Origin: Patescibacteria group bacterium
Lineage (GTDB): Bacteria > Patescibacteriota > UBA1384 > CAILIB01
DNA: 42,912 nucleotides
Direction of reading: 5' to 3'
NCBI GenBank assembly: GCA_041917855.1
Contig: JAYRWT010000072.1
Location: forward strand, 1-42,912
Shown: one piece after another, positions 34,034 through 42,883 of the stretch
Layout: the number at the start of each line of letters is the position of its first letter
How positions within the stretch are numbered: the stretch's first letter is position 1
Made by a program: the position numbers and the translations under genes
The notes under the pieces: generated by a model
Databases searched by the model: none
What the model saw: only the letters and a program-made list of their open reading frames with translations
Told to the model about the DNA's origin: nothing

Positions 34034-34148
34034 CGCCTTACCGGTCCTAATTAATGCTAGAGCCGCCTGAAAGCGACTTTACTTCTATCCCCGAACCAAG
34101 CTACAACAGAGTACGACCTGGAGGCCAGGTTCCAGCCTAGTAGCTTAT

Positions 34149-34394
34149 ATGGATCACAAAACAAGAGAAATCCACCAAAAAATAATCCGCGTCACCCATT
34201 TCCTGCAGATTGCGGAGCGGCATATGTCTAAACTCTACGAGCTCGTGGGAACTGAAGCAATGGAAAGCCACTTGGAGCTGCTGGGAAAAATCACCGACAT
34301 CTACGAGGATGAGCTGTCAGCTCTCATTACCGGTACTAGGCCTTCGACTTCACCGCCTTCTTCTGAGCCATCGCCGCTAACTCTTCCTCAATGA
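34149..34394 (+). CDS. Possible small helical protein (81 aa)
   Basis: Open frame only. There is no RBS, and its last 59 nt overlap the convergent gene. Confidence 0.3.
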   Translation: MDHKTREIHQKIIRVTHFLQIAERHMSKLYELVGTEAMESHLELLGKITDIYEDELSALITGTRPSTSPPSSEPSPLTLPQ

Positions 34395-34896
34395 CGGCTG
34401 CAAAATTGGGATTCTCTTTTCTCAGAAATACCAGTTCCCCACTCTTGGGGATTATTCGGGCTTTGAGCTTTCCCTGCCTCACCAGCTTCTTGAGCGTTAC
34501 CGTCCGGATGTCTAGCTTCCAGGCCAGAGTGGAGCCGAGGATATGCTCCTTGTTGTCTTTATCTTTTATGACCGAGGCCGGCACTATCCTCTTGTCGATC
34601 GCTTCCTGGCAAGCCAGGCATTTCATTCCGTGCTTGTCGTACCACATCGGCTGGTCTTGAGAGCTGTGGCAAAGAGCACATGTCCGGCCCTCGCCCTGCA
34701 TTTGAAATCCATTGGGATGGTCTTTTAACTTAGCTTTTCGACGCTGTTCTTCTTGGTCTATTTCAATGAAAACCTCGAACAGCCTTACTAACTTCTCCGC
34801 TGATTCCCTGGCCTCTGAGTCACTCTTGAATTCTATTCCTTTCTCCTTGGCAATTTCTTTGAATTCTTCCATCAGCTCGTCGCTTATCCTGGCCAT
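34336..34896 (-). CDS. Zinc-ribbon protein with a C-terminal HTH-like region (186 aa)
   Basis: The ATG at 34896 follows GAAAGGAG. It has CALC...CLAC four-Cys spacing. The track start at 34953 adds 19 residues without an RBS. Confidence 0.65.
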   Translation of the reverse strand: MARISDELMEEFKEIAKEKGIEFKSDSEARESAEKLVRLFEVFIEIDQEEQRRKAKLKDHPNGFQMQGEGRTCALCHSSQDQPMWYDKHGMKCLACQEAIDKRIVPASVIKDKDNKEHILGSTLAWKLDIRTVTLKKLVRQGKLKARIIPKSGELVFLRKENPNFAAVIEEELAAMAQKKAVKSKA

Positions 34897-35101
34897 GCTA
34901 CTCCTTTCTGTATTAGGTATTTGATGGCTTGAAGATAGCAGAAATCGGAACACTTCTTTTTTTATAGTGTTCCGCGTGTTCCATTTTTTACTGCCGAAAG
35001 GTTCCAGAAACGACCGTTTCCCATCCGAAATCCCCCTATTCTATAGGGGTACCCAAACCGTCCCGAAAGTGGCGAGACCGCGATGCTCTACCAAAGAAAA
35101 G

Positions 35102-35130
35102 GCCCGACTTTCCGTCCGGGCTTTTTCTTT
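35102..35130 (+). terminator. Orphan terminator-like hairpin
   Basis: GCCCGAC-tttcc-GTCCGGGC (one bulge), followed by TTTTTCTTTT. No annotated gene ends here on either strand. Confidence 0.5.
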
Positions 35131-35259
35131 TGACACAATTATCAAATACATAAATTAAAATATAGTTCACACATATCAAAATCTCATTGACATTTTGCTT
35201 ATTTTCAGGTAAAAGGAGGAAGTCTTCGCTGAGGAGACGAAATCTAAAAACGGGAGAAG

Positions 35260-36276
35260 GTGCTACCTACTACTATGTCCGCTAAAAGTGATTCCTATAC
35301 TTCGCGGGAGACATGGTTACAGTACCGTGCATCTCCCTCTGATAAGCTGCGCAACGAAATTGCCCAGCAAAACTACCGCTTGGTTCCTCTCGTTCTGAGT
35401 CGCGCTTTTAGTCAAATCCCTATTGAGTGGCAAGAAGATTTGCTGCAAGAAGGATGGATTGGACTACTACGTGCGGTGGAACGATATGATTGTGACGATG
35501 AGAGCCAGGCGTCTTTTTCGACCTTTGCTTTCTACGTGATTCGTCAAAGTATGGGCCGCTACCTTGATAACACAAGAAGCACCATACGCCTACCTGTTCA
35601 TATCAGTGATCAGATTCGCCGAGTCGAAAGACTTCGGACAATCTATATCCATCAAAATGGTTCGGTTCCCAGTTTGGAGGAATTATCAGAGTTCACAGGG
35701 ATCCCGGAACTTAAACTCTTTGAGTTATCCCTGGCAGCAGATACTAGTAATCCTGGCTCACTTGAGGCCCCCATGGGCAGCGAGGACTCAGTCACACTCT
35801 ACGACCTACTGCAGAATCCTGATGCCACCGACCCGCTAACAGAACTACTCAGCAAAGGTGCGCAACACCTCCCTGACGACGTAAGCCTGGAAGCACTCTC
35901 GATGGTTCTCCGGGAGCTATCTACCGAAGAGTACGAAATCCTCATCCGCCGCGCCAATGAAGAAACTCTTGCTTTGATTGGACAACGATTTGGTTACACC
36001 CGTGAGTACATACGACAAAAAGAGAGTAGAGCCCTAGCCTATGTCCGTGGCCGCTTTGGCTACCGACTCATTGGTAAGGAAATCGTAAAGTGGGAGGAAG
36101 TTGCTCCTGTTGTGGTAAAAATCACACAGGAAACAAAGCCACCCACTAGATCTGAGTACTCAAAATCAAGCAATGAAAAGGTAGGACAACCAAAAAATCG
36201 CGTCCAACCAAAACCAAAGCGAGGATTGCGCTCAGAACTACGACGAGCCCTCGACAGGCTCAAACACAGGAAATGA
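35260..36276 (+). CDS. Sigma-70 family RNA polymerase sigma factor B
   Basis: Region 2 (EGWIGLLRAVERYD...FSTFAFYVIRQSMGRYL), region 3 (IRLPVHISDQIRRV) and the region 4 HTH (LALIGQRFGYTREYIRQKESRALAYVR), plus a K/P-rich tail. The start is either the GTG at 35260 or the ATG at 35275. Confidence 0.88.
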   Translation: MLPTTMSAKSDSYTSRETWLQYRASPSDKLRNEIAQQNYRLVPLVLSRAFSQIPIEWQEDLLQEGWIGLLRAVERYDCDDESQASFSTFAFYVIRQSMGRYLDNTRSTIRLPVHISDQIRRVERLRTIYIHQNGSVPSLEELSEFTGIPELKLFELSLAADTSNPGSLEAPMGSEDSVTLYDLLQNPDATDPLTELLSKGAQHLPDDVSLEALSMVLRELSTEEYEILIRRANEETLALIGQRFGYTREYIRQKESRALAYVRGRFGYRLIGKEIVKWEEVAPVVVKITQETKPPTRSEYSKSSNEKVGQPKNRVQPKPKRGLRSELRRALDRLKHRK

Positions 36277-36277
36277 A

Positions 36278-37285
36278 ATGACGATGATTACGATACAAGG
36301 AGCCAGCCTGCTTAAGCAGCATGGGGCGACCGTATATTCTTTCAAAATTAGCGCTGCAGAGTTCCTAGGCCGAGGAAATGTTGAGCGGTTGAGTGAAGGA
36401 AATCGGGAGGATGCCATACAACGGGACCTCATTGAGAACCATGCACTCAACATTGCTGCTGCGATGCTTGACCCCTCGGTCCTTTGGCCAGATTCTCTGG
36501 TCATTGCACTGAGTCACGAGCCCAAGGTTAAGAATGGCCAACTCAGCCTTCCCGACGTCTACTCATTCTTGGTAGATGATGGCCAACATCGCTTGTATGG
36601 CCTACGCATCATACAAGAAATGGGAGACAAGATCCCTGATATTGAGTTCCAGGTGTTCGCCACTTTTGGGCTTAGTGTCGAGGAGCGAGTTCAACTCTTC
36701 AAACTGCAGACTAAGCGTAAGGCCGTCACGCGAGACTTCAGTCTTGCGCTGTCGGACAAAGCGAATAGTCACAAGAATGAAGCTGAGGCTCGTGCGTACG
36801 CGGTTGTCATGATACTGGCCAAAAATAGTGATTCACCGCTACAAAGCCACATTGCCCTGCCTGGTCGGTCTAAGCAGATCGGTCAGCAGACCTGCTGGCT
36901 CAGCACCTCGGTTGTTGTTACCATGCTCCGCCCCATGTTTGCCCCAAAGGCACCCTGGACAGAGCTCAGTAATGATGAAGCAGCCAGGGCTCTCATGTGC
37001 TACTTCGACGAGCTCCTCAACATGTGGTCAAACGCATGGAGAAACCCCGACGAGTATGTACTATGTGGCAACCGGGCCATATGCGCACTCATCACAATGC
37101 TCACAGCCAAGCGTTCGCGTATTCATATTCGGTCATTCCGAGACGAAGCCGCGATACGCCAATTCGCTCGACTCTTTTCAGGGTTCAAGTGGAGCAAAAG
37201 CGTACGACAGAGAAACACCACACGCCAGATGGAGAACGCACTGTTCACTTTTCTGGAGGGATCGATCGAACGAGGTCAATCCTGA
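36278..37285 (+). CDS. DGQHR-domain protein (DndB-like, ParB/Srx superfamily)
   Basis: Exact DGQHR motif (FLVDDGQHRLYGL). The ATG lies 1 nt after the sigma factor stop. Confidence 0.8.
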   Translation: MTMITIQGASLLKQHGATVYSFKISAAEFLGRGNVERLSEGNREDAIQRDLIENHALNIAAAMLDPSVLWPDSLVIALSHEPKVKNGQLSLPDVYSFLVDDGQHRLYGLRIIQEMGDKIPDIEFQVFATFGLSVEERVQLFKLQTKRKAVTRDFSLALSDKANSHKNEAEARAYAVVMILAKNSDSPLQSHIALPGRSKQIGQQTCWLSTSVVVTMLRPMFAPKAPWTELSNDEAARALMCYFDELLNMWSNAWRNPDEYVLCGNRAICALITMLTAKRSRIHIRSFRDEAAIRQFARLFSGFKWSKSVRQRNTTRQMENALFTFLEGSIERGQS

Positions 37286-37289
37286 ACGG

Positions 37290-37328
37290 GAAGGAGGCTT
37301 ATCACACCGACAAGCCTCCTTCTTTTTG
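37290..37328 (+). terminator. Rho-independent terminator
   Basis: An 11-bp stem, GAAGGAGGCTT/AAGCCTCCTTC, followed by TTTTT. Confidence 0.85.
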
Positions 37329-37420
37329 TATACAGAGTTAACCCTAGAAGCTTACCAATTCATAACCGAGATCTGAATCTGCAGAACACTCGCTATACCG
37401 GTCCAGATACAGTAGACCAC

Positions 37421-37446
37421 GGCGATTAGCTCCTTGTGGCTGCCAG
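37421..37446. repeat. 26-bp perfect direct repeat, left copy (intergenic)
   Basis: GGCGATTAGCTCCTTGTGGCTGCCAG is identical to 38299-38324. Confidence 0.9.
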
Positions 37447-37531
37447 CTTTTTCCTTTTTCCCTTTCAAATCTGCTAAAGTGACTCCAGCATCACATATTG
37501 TGCTGCCGGACATTGAATCCAGGAGGAAGAC

Positions 37532-37945
37532 ATGCCAGAATACAGTCCTGATCAACAATCATTCACTGAAAGAGTCCTTGCCTATATGAGAGCAGAAATG
37601 AATGAGATGGCAGCAGGCGGACTCTTATTCACCCTAGTTGATGCCAAGGAACTTGCTCCAGGCTTAATCGCCACAATCGACTCAGATGGTGACAGCACCA
37701 TTTGCTACGACCCCACGCTGTACGACCTCATCCCAGCATTAGCCGGACTAAAGGACGACCCTAATCGTCACCCACGAACTAGTGCCTTTGGCATTGCCAT
37801 GCTCGAGCCAGGTGAACTGGGGAAAAAGACAGACAGTCCGATTACCCTGCTACGCGAGCTCGCCGAAAAGTATATTGTGAGCCTCAACCCTGGCTCACAC
37901 ACAATCGAGTTCTTCCCTGAACCGAAGTCCCTTGCCCTAGAGTAA
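37532..37945 (+). CDS. Hypothetical protein (137 aa)
   Basis: AGGAGGA lies 6 nt upstream of the ATG. No motif was recognised. Confidence 0.6.
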   Translation: MPEYSPDQQSFTERVLAYMRAEMNEMAAGGLLFTLVDAKELAPGLIATIDSDGDSTICYDPTLYDLIPALAGLKDDPNRHPRTSAFGIAMLEPGELGKKTDSPITLLRELAEKYIVSLNPGSHTIEFFPEPKSLALE

Positions 37946-37989
37946 GTTTTTGCTATCATGCTCAAGCGACTCGCTCGCAGCATAAAGCA

Positions 37990-38139
37990 ATGAAACTAGG
38001 CAAAATATTCTCCATCGCTCTCTTGATTACCATCACTGGAGTACTACTCGCTTCATGCGAACCCCCCATTAAGGGTGAAAGTGAACAGCTCCAGCAACAG
38101 AGAAGTGAAAACCAAAGAAAACTCCTCGACGACAACTAG
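37990..38139 (+). CDS. Small lipoprotein (49 aa, not in the ORF track)
   Basis: Reads MKLGKIFSIALLITITGVLLASC... with an LLASC lipobox. It is followed by the terminator at 38157-38189. Confidence 0.5.
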   Translation: MKLGKIFSIALLITITGVLLASCEPPIKGESEQLQQQRSENQRKLLDDN

Positions 38140-38156
38140 CAAGGTTGTCAAAAAGC

Positions 38157-38189
38157 AACCCCCGAACCTTTAGTGGTACGGGGGTTTTT
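38157..38189. terminator. Bidirectional rho-independent terminator
   Basis: AACCCCCG pairs with CGGGGGTT, with an A run upstream and TTT downstream, between convergent genes. Confidence 0.75.
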
Positions 38190-38220
38190 CTAAGAGTCTG
38201 GCTACCAGCTAAGCAAGTAG

Positions 38221-39999
38221 TTACTCCCCTACACTCTCTGGCTTCTCCTCGTCTGAGTGCTGCTGCGCCTCCCATAAATCGGCGTATTTGCCCTTCTTGG
38301 CGATTAGCTCCTTGTGGCTGCCAGATTCTACTACAGCCCCTTTTTCAAGTACGAATATGCGATCGCTCTCTACGATTGTGGACAGCCGGTGGGCAATAGC
38401 AATAGTCGTGCGGCCTTCTGCGGCTTGCTTGAGGGCGCCAACGATTTCTTTTTCAGTATGCGTGTCCAGGCTGCTGGTAGCTTCATCAAACACCAGAATA
38501 CGTGGCTCACGTACAACGGCACGGGCAATAGCCACACGCTGACGCTCTCCACCCGATAGCTTCACGCCACGTTCACCAACAATAGTTTTTAGACCATCAG
38601 GCAAACGCTCAAGCAATCCATCGAGCTGGGCAATAGTTGCAGCACGCTCTACCTGCTTGTCGGTAGCATTTGGGTCGCCAAAGCGAATGTTATCGGCAAT
38701 TGTACCGTGGAAGAGTACCGGGTCTTGGGGCACAACGGCGAGCAAGCTACGCAGCTGATCAGAAGAAATGTCACTGACCGATACGTCATCAATGAGTACG
38801 CTACCCGCGTTTGGATAGTACAGCCTAAAGAGCAGCTTAAGCACAGTACTTTTACCGGCACCTGAACCACCAACAAAGGCAACGCGCTCACCTGGTTTAA
38901 TCGCCAGATCAAGGCCGTTCAGGATTGGTCGTTCATCGTAGCTGAATGAAACGTCCTTAAAGATTACGCCTCCCTTTGGCTTTTCAATGGTTACCGGGTG
39001 TACTGGATCTTCAATGGTAAGGGGCTCTTTAATGAGCTGGTCAGCACCTGCTAAATCGGTCAGACCATCCTTAAGCATGCGGTAAATAGCGCCAAAGAAG
39101 CCGAGTGGAGCCGCAATGCGGATGATGTAGCCAGACAGTGCAACTAGATCACCTGAGCTCAAACTACCGGCAGCAGCTTCTCTAATAGCAAACCAGAGCA
39201 CCGCCACGGTACCGGCCAGTAGAATCAGGGTTTGGCCTGCTAGCACCACACTAAACAACTGGTTACTCTTTACGTTTGCACTCTCGCGCTTAGCCAGGAG
39301 CGGCTCGTACTGAGCAATCTGCTGCTCTTCGGCGTGAAAGAGCTTAACCACATCGATTGAGCCAAGGGCAGTAACCTCCTGGGCGCCAACCGATTCGTCA
39401 GTTTCAATCGCCATCAAGCGCCACTTCTGGCGCTTCTCGGTGGCATACACCATAAAGGCAATGTAGAGAACAATAGTACCAACAATCAGTAATGCGTACA
39501 TGCCTCCAAATACACGCGTAAGGATTACGGCGGTGGCGACCAACTCAATTACTGTGGGTAGCATGCTGATCACCAGCATGTCCAAAATAAAGGTTACGGA
39601 ACGGCTTGCACGGGTAATGCGCTGGGCAACCGCACCAATACGCTGATCATTATGAAAAGAAACGGGCAAACGTAGCAGGTGACCAAATACCTGACGGGAC
39701 ATACTCCGGGCAACTCCCATTTCTACCTTGGCAAAGGTAACATCACGCACTAAATCTCCAACCAGAATACTCAGGCGGAAGATAGCCAGTGTGGTCAGTG
39801 CGCTCAGCGCAACAGCAATACCACCTCCAGCAGGGCCAAGCGCATCTACAATGCGACCCAGCCAGATAGGTTCAAATACGGAAGCGACACGGGCAACAAT
39901 CAGAGCGATCAGCGCGAGAGCAGTGAGTCCCCACAGTCCTTTTAGGTGCTGTGTGACAAAGCGAATGGGCGCGCCCGTTGGTTTTTCGGGATTAATCAT
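38221..39999 (-). CDS. ABC exporter, fused permease and ATPase (MsbA/ABCB-type)
   Basis: Six-TM N-terminal half, Walker A GGSGAGKST, signature LSGGERQR and Walker B ILVFDEATS. Confidence 0.92.
   Translation of the reverse strand: MINPEKPTGAPIRFVTQHLKGLWGLTALALIALIVARVASVFEPIWLGRIVDALGPAGGGIAVALSALTTLAIFRLSILVGDLVRDVTFAKVEMGVARSMSRQVFGHLLRLPVSFHNDQRIGAVAQRITRASRSVTFILDMLVISMLPTVIELVATAVILTRVFGGMYALLIVGTIVLYIAFMVYATEKRQKWRLMAIETDESVGAQEVTALGSIDVVKLFHAEEQQIAQYEPLLAKRESANVKSNQLFSVVLAGQTLILLAGTVAVLWFAIREAAAGSLSSGDLVALSGYIIRIAAPLGFFGAIYRMLKDGLTDLAGADQLIKEPLTIEDPVHPVTIEKPKGGVIFKDVSFSYDERPILNGLDLAIKPGERVAFVGGSGAGKSTVLKLLFRLYYPNAGSVLIDDVSVSDISSDQLRSLLAVVPQDPVLFHGTIADNIRFGDPNATDKQVERAATIAQLDGLLERLPDGLKTIVGERGVKLSGGERQRVAIARAVVREPRILVFDEATSSLDTHTEKEIVGALKQAAEGRTTIAIAHRLSTIVESDRIFVLEKGAVVESGSHKELIAKKGKYADLWEAQQHSDEEKPESVGE
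38299..38324. repeat. 26-bp perfect direct repeat, right copy (inside the ABC exporter gene)
   Basis: Identical to 37421-37446. It encodes GSHKELIA on the minus strand. Confidence 0.9.
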
Positions 40000-40066
40000 G
40001 GGTAGGTTTAGGAATCAGGTTACAGTCTAGCGGAAAGTACTCACAAAACCTACCACCCGGCAGTGC

Positions 40067-41266
40067 TTAGACAATGAGACGCTCAATAGCCACCATAAAA
40101 GCAGCATCAGTCAGGCAAACATTACGCTCACCTGCCACTTCAAGCACATTGGCAACTGCCTGCTGCATGTAGGTAGTAAGCTTTGCATTAACCTGCTCCT
40201 CTGTCCAAGATTTCCCCTCTAGATTCTGCAGCCACTCTAGGTAGCTCACAATTACGCCACCAGCATTTGCCACAATATCTGGCAGGATTACTGCTCCGCG
40301 CTTATCTAGTACATCATGGGCAGCGGCAGAAACTGGACCATTGGCAAGCTCCAGAATAAAATCAGCCTGCACTTCAGCTGCGTTGTTATCGGTAACGGCA
40401 TCACCTAAGGCGGCCAAAACTAAGACATCAACATCGAGCGCAAGTAGATCTTCATTAGTTAGTTGCTCGGCCTCGGCGTAATCACTGAACTTACCCTTTC
40501 CCTCTTTAAAACTCAGTAGGCCAGCGATATCTAGGCCATCACTGCTATAAATTGCAGCGGCAGAATCACTCACGGCCACTATCTTCCAGTGTGGGTACTG
40601 CTCAGCCGCAACCTTGGCAAAAAATGAACCAACATTACCAAAGCCTTGCACGGCAATGGTGATTGGCGTTGCCAACATTCCCTTGCTCTCAAGTAGCGAC
40701 GCCAAAGCAATAACACCACCACGGCCGGTAGCGGCGTCACGACCCAGACTCCCGCCGCCCGCAATACTTTTACCAGTAAAGCTGGCATGAGTGGTGTCCC
40801 CGGTTAGGGTTGCGTACTCATCTACCATCCAGTCGATGATACGCGAATCAGTGTTTACATCTGGTGCCGGCACATCTTTATCTGGTCCAATATGTGCATG
40901 CAGGTGACGCACATAGGCACGGCTCAATTCCTCTAGCTCCTCCAACGATAGTTCCTTGGGGTTGACCACTACACCGCCCTTACCGCCGCCTAATGGAATA
41001 TTTACGGCTGCGGTTTTTAAGCTCATTAAGGTAGCCAGGGCGCGCACCTCATCCAAATCAACCTCATGATGAAAACGAATACCACCTTTATACGGACCAC
41101 GCTTATTACTGTGCTGTACCCGGTATGCCTGGAGCACCTTACCGGTACTCAAACCAATTTCAAATTGATGCTCTTTGTCAGTCGCTAAAATGCTAGCAAT
41201 TTCAGAATCCGAAAGACCAAGATTTTTTCCGGCACGCGTAATAAAGGTGTGGGCTGTGTCAAGCAT
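40067..41266 (-). CDS. Glu/Leu/Phe/Val dehydrogenase family enzyme, most likely glutamate dehydrogenase
   Basis: KGGIRFH...IPLGGGKGGV catalytic-Lys region and the GFGNVG Rossmann motif. Confidence 0.88.
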   Translation of the reverse strand: MLDTAHTFITRAGKNLGLSDSEIASILATDKEHQFEIGLSTGKVLQAYRVQHSNKRGPYKGGIRFHHEVDLDEVRALATLMSLKTAAVNIPLGGGKGGVVVNPKELSLEELEELSRAYVRHLHAHIGPDKDVPAPDVNTDSRIIDWMVDEYATLTGDTTHASFTGKSIAGGGSLGRDAATGRGGVIALASLLESKGMLATPITIAVQGFGNVGSFFAKVAAEQYPHWKIVAVSDSAAAIYSSDGLDIAGLLSFKEGKGKFSDYAEAEQLTNEDLLALDVDVLVLAALGDAVTDNNAAEVQADFILELANGPVSAAAHDVLDKRGAVILPDIVANAGGVIVSYLEWLQNLEGKSWTEEQVNAKLTTYMQQAVANVLEVAGERNVCLTDAAFMVAIERLIV

Positions 41267-41275
41267 AGTGTTTGA

Positions 41276-41722
41276 TTAGTGCATTTCTTTGTCGCCGTAG
41301 AGCGTTTGAATGTAGGCAATCTGTCCCAGGTGGTACATTAGATTCCAGTAGGCGTAGCTAGACACCTGCAGCAGACTCATGTGCCCCCATGGCAGGGTTA
41401 CCATAACGGCCAGGTCTTCATCGCTCAAGGAGGCGTTCTGTTCGCAGAATTTTTTTACCTCCACACGATGCATTTCTTCTAGTTCTTGTAGAGATTTTGC
41501 CGAGAGGTCTCCCCAGGCAAAATCTTTTGGCTCGTCCTTGGCTTCCAAACAAGCAGTGGTGTAGCCAAGGGTGTTAGCAAGTTCTTCAAGTAATTCGCGT
41601 GTAGAGCGGCTGGTTTCCTCTGGCTTCCAGCTAATTTTATCCTCTGGCATGGCCGCAACATTGCGCCACAAACTTTCGGTACCATCTTCCATCATCTTGC
41701 TTAACGCTTCTGCGTAGGTCAT
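41276..41722 (-). CDS. DinB-family (four-helix bundle) protein
   Basis: Size and pattern (ISWKP..., C-terminal YHLGQIAYIQ) are typical of DinB_2 proteins. Confidence 0.7.
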   Translation of the reverse strand: MTYAEALSKMMEDGTESLWRNVAAMPEDKISWKPEETSRSTRELLEELANTLGYTTACLEAKDEPKDFAWGDLSAKSLQELEEMHRVEVKKFCEQNASLSDEDLAVMVTLPWGHMSLLQVSSYAYWNLMYHLGQIAYIQTLYGDKEMH

Positions 41723-41818
41723 ACGTAAGGTTACTGATTTCTTTTTTCAGCATAGCAAATTTGGGAATTTGCCAAGCCCTGCCGTATACTGAGGCTAATC
41801 AAATAGCTCACCCTTTAT

Positions 41819-42883
41819 ATGGACACGTCACTCCTAGAATCTACCGCTCGTCAGCTCGTGCGCGAGGGACATGGTTTGCTCGCAGCTGATGACAGCAGCA
41901 AAAGCACCGCAAAGCGTTTCGCTGATGTACATGTAGAGAATACGGAGGAAATGCGCCGTATCTATCGTCAGCTACTCATGACTGCACCAAAAGCCAAGGA
42001 GGTGCTAAGTGGTGTAATTCTGTTTGAAGAAACCTTCAACCAAAAAGTTGATGGCGGCCAAACCTTTCCCGAATATTTAGCCAGCGTTGGCATTTTGCCT
42101 GGCATAAAATTAGACCAAGGTCTACAAGATCTGCAGGGATTCCCTGGTGAAAAAATTACTGCCGGACTAGACTCTCTACCTGAACGCGCTGAATCCTTTT
42201 CTAAGGGCGGCGCTCGCTTTGCCAAGTGGCGTAATGTGATTGCAATTGGCGATGGCATCCCAACGGACGAGTGCATTGGTGCTAACACCTACATTCTGGC
42301 TCGTTATGCCCGAATCTGCCAGGAATACAATATTGTACCTATCGTTGAGCCCGAAGTACTGATGGACGGCACACACTCTTCAGAAGATTGCGAACGAGTA
42401 ACTGCTCGTGTGTACGACATCATGTTTCAAACGCTTCGTGCATTCCGCGTGCACCTACCAGGCTGCGTCATGAAAACTGCCATGGTGCTACCTGGCAAAC
42501 AGGGTGAGCAGCATATGGATCCTGATGACGTAGCCGAGCGAACAGTACGCGTACTACACGATCACGTACCTCAGGAGTTAGGTGGCGTAGTATTCCTATC
42601 TGGCGGGCAAAGCACTGGTCAAGCATTGGTTAACCTTAACCGTATTGAGCAGCGCGCTATTAGTCAGCTACCGTTTGGCGTAACCTTCTCTTATTTACGC
42701 TCACTCCAAGACCCAGCACTTAAGCAGTGGGCCGCAGAGCCTACAAATGTAATAGCAGCACAAGATGTTCTAGATGATTTGCTTACTAAGGCATCTGCCG
42801 CTCGTAATGGCCAGCTAGACGAAAACTCCCTCCACCCGGATCATATGGAAGGTAATAAAGAGGGCGGTTTTTGGGAGTACTAA
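41819..42883 (+). CDS. fba: Class I fructose-bisphosphate aldolase
   Basis: LAADDSSKSTAKRF, PGIKLDQG, the region IVEPEVLMDG and the Schiff-base region VMKTAMV match the class I (glycolytic-type) FBA pattern. Confidence 0.88.
   Translation: MDTSLLESTARQLVREGHGLLAADDSSKSTAKRFADVHVENTEEMRRIYRQLLMTAPKAKEVLSGVILFEETFNQKVDGGQTFPEYLASVGILPGIKLDQGLQDLQGFPGEKITAGLDSLPERAESFSKGGARFAKWRNVIAIGDGIPTDECIGANTYILARYARICQEYNIVPIVEPEVLMDGTHSSEDCERVTARVYDIMFQTLRAFRVHLPGCVMKTAMVLPGKQGEQHMDPDDVAERTVRVLHDHVPQELGGVVFLSGGQSTGQALVNLNRIEQRAISQLPFGVTFSYLRSLQDPALKQWAAEPTNVIAAQDVLDDLLTKASAARNGQLDENSLHPDHMEGNKEGGFWEY

Larger units (their letters stand above)
547..37446. mobile_element. Composite integrated island made of two serine-recombinase modules (approximate limits)
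   Basis: The recombinase 3' ends face left at 583 and 24451. Module genes are paralogous, phage packaging and methylase genes are present, cargo composition is mosaic, and housekeeping genes resume to the right. Exact att sites were not identified. Confidence 0.5.

Noticed and set aside
34967-35158. A 63-aa plus-strand ORF in the Zn-ribbon/sigma B intergenic region.
   Set aside because: It has no RBS, runs through hairpins and a terminator, and has an implausible composition. A noncoding role is more likely.
37352-37558. A 68-aa minus-strand ORF.
   Set aside because: Its only recognisable part (GSHKELIA) is the translated 26-bp repeat copied from the ABC exporter. The rest is unrelated, it has no RBS, and it overlaps the RBS and start of the 37532 gene.
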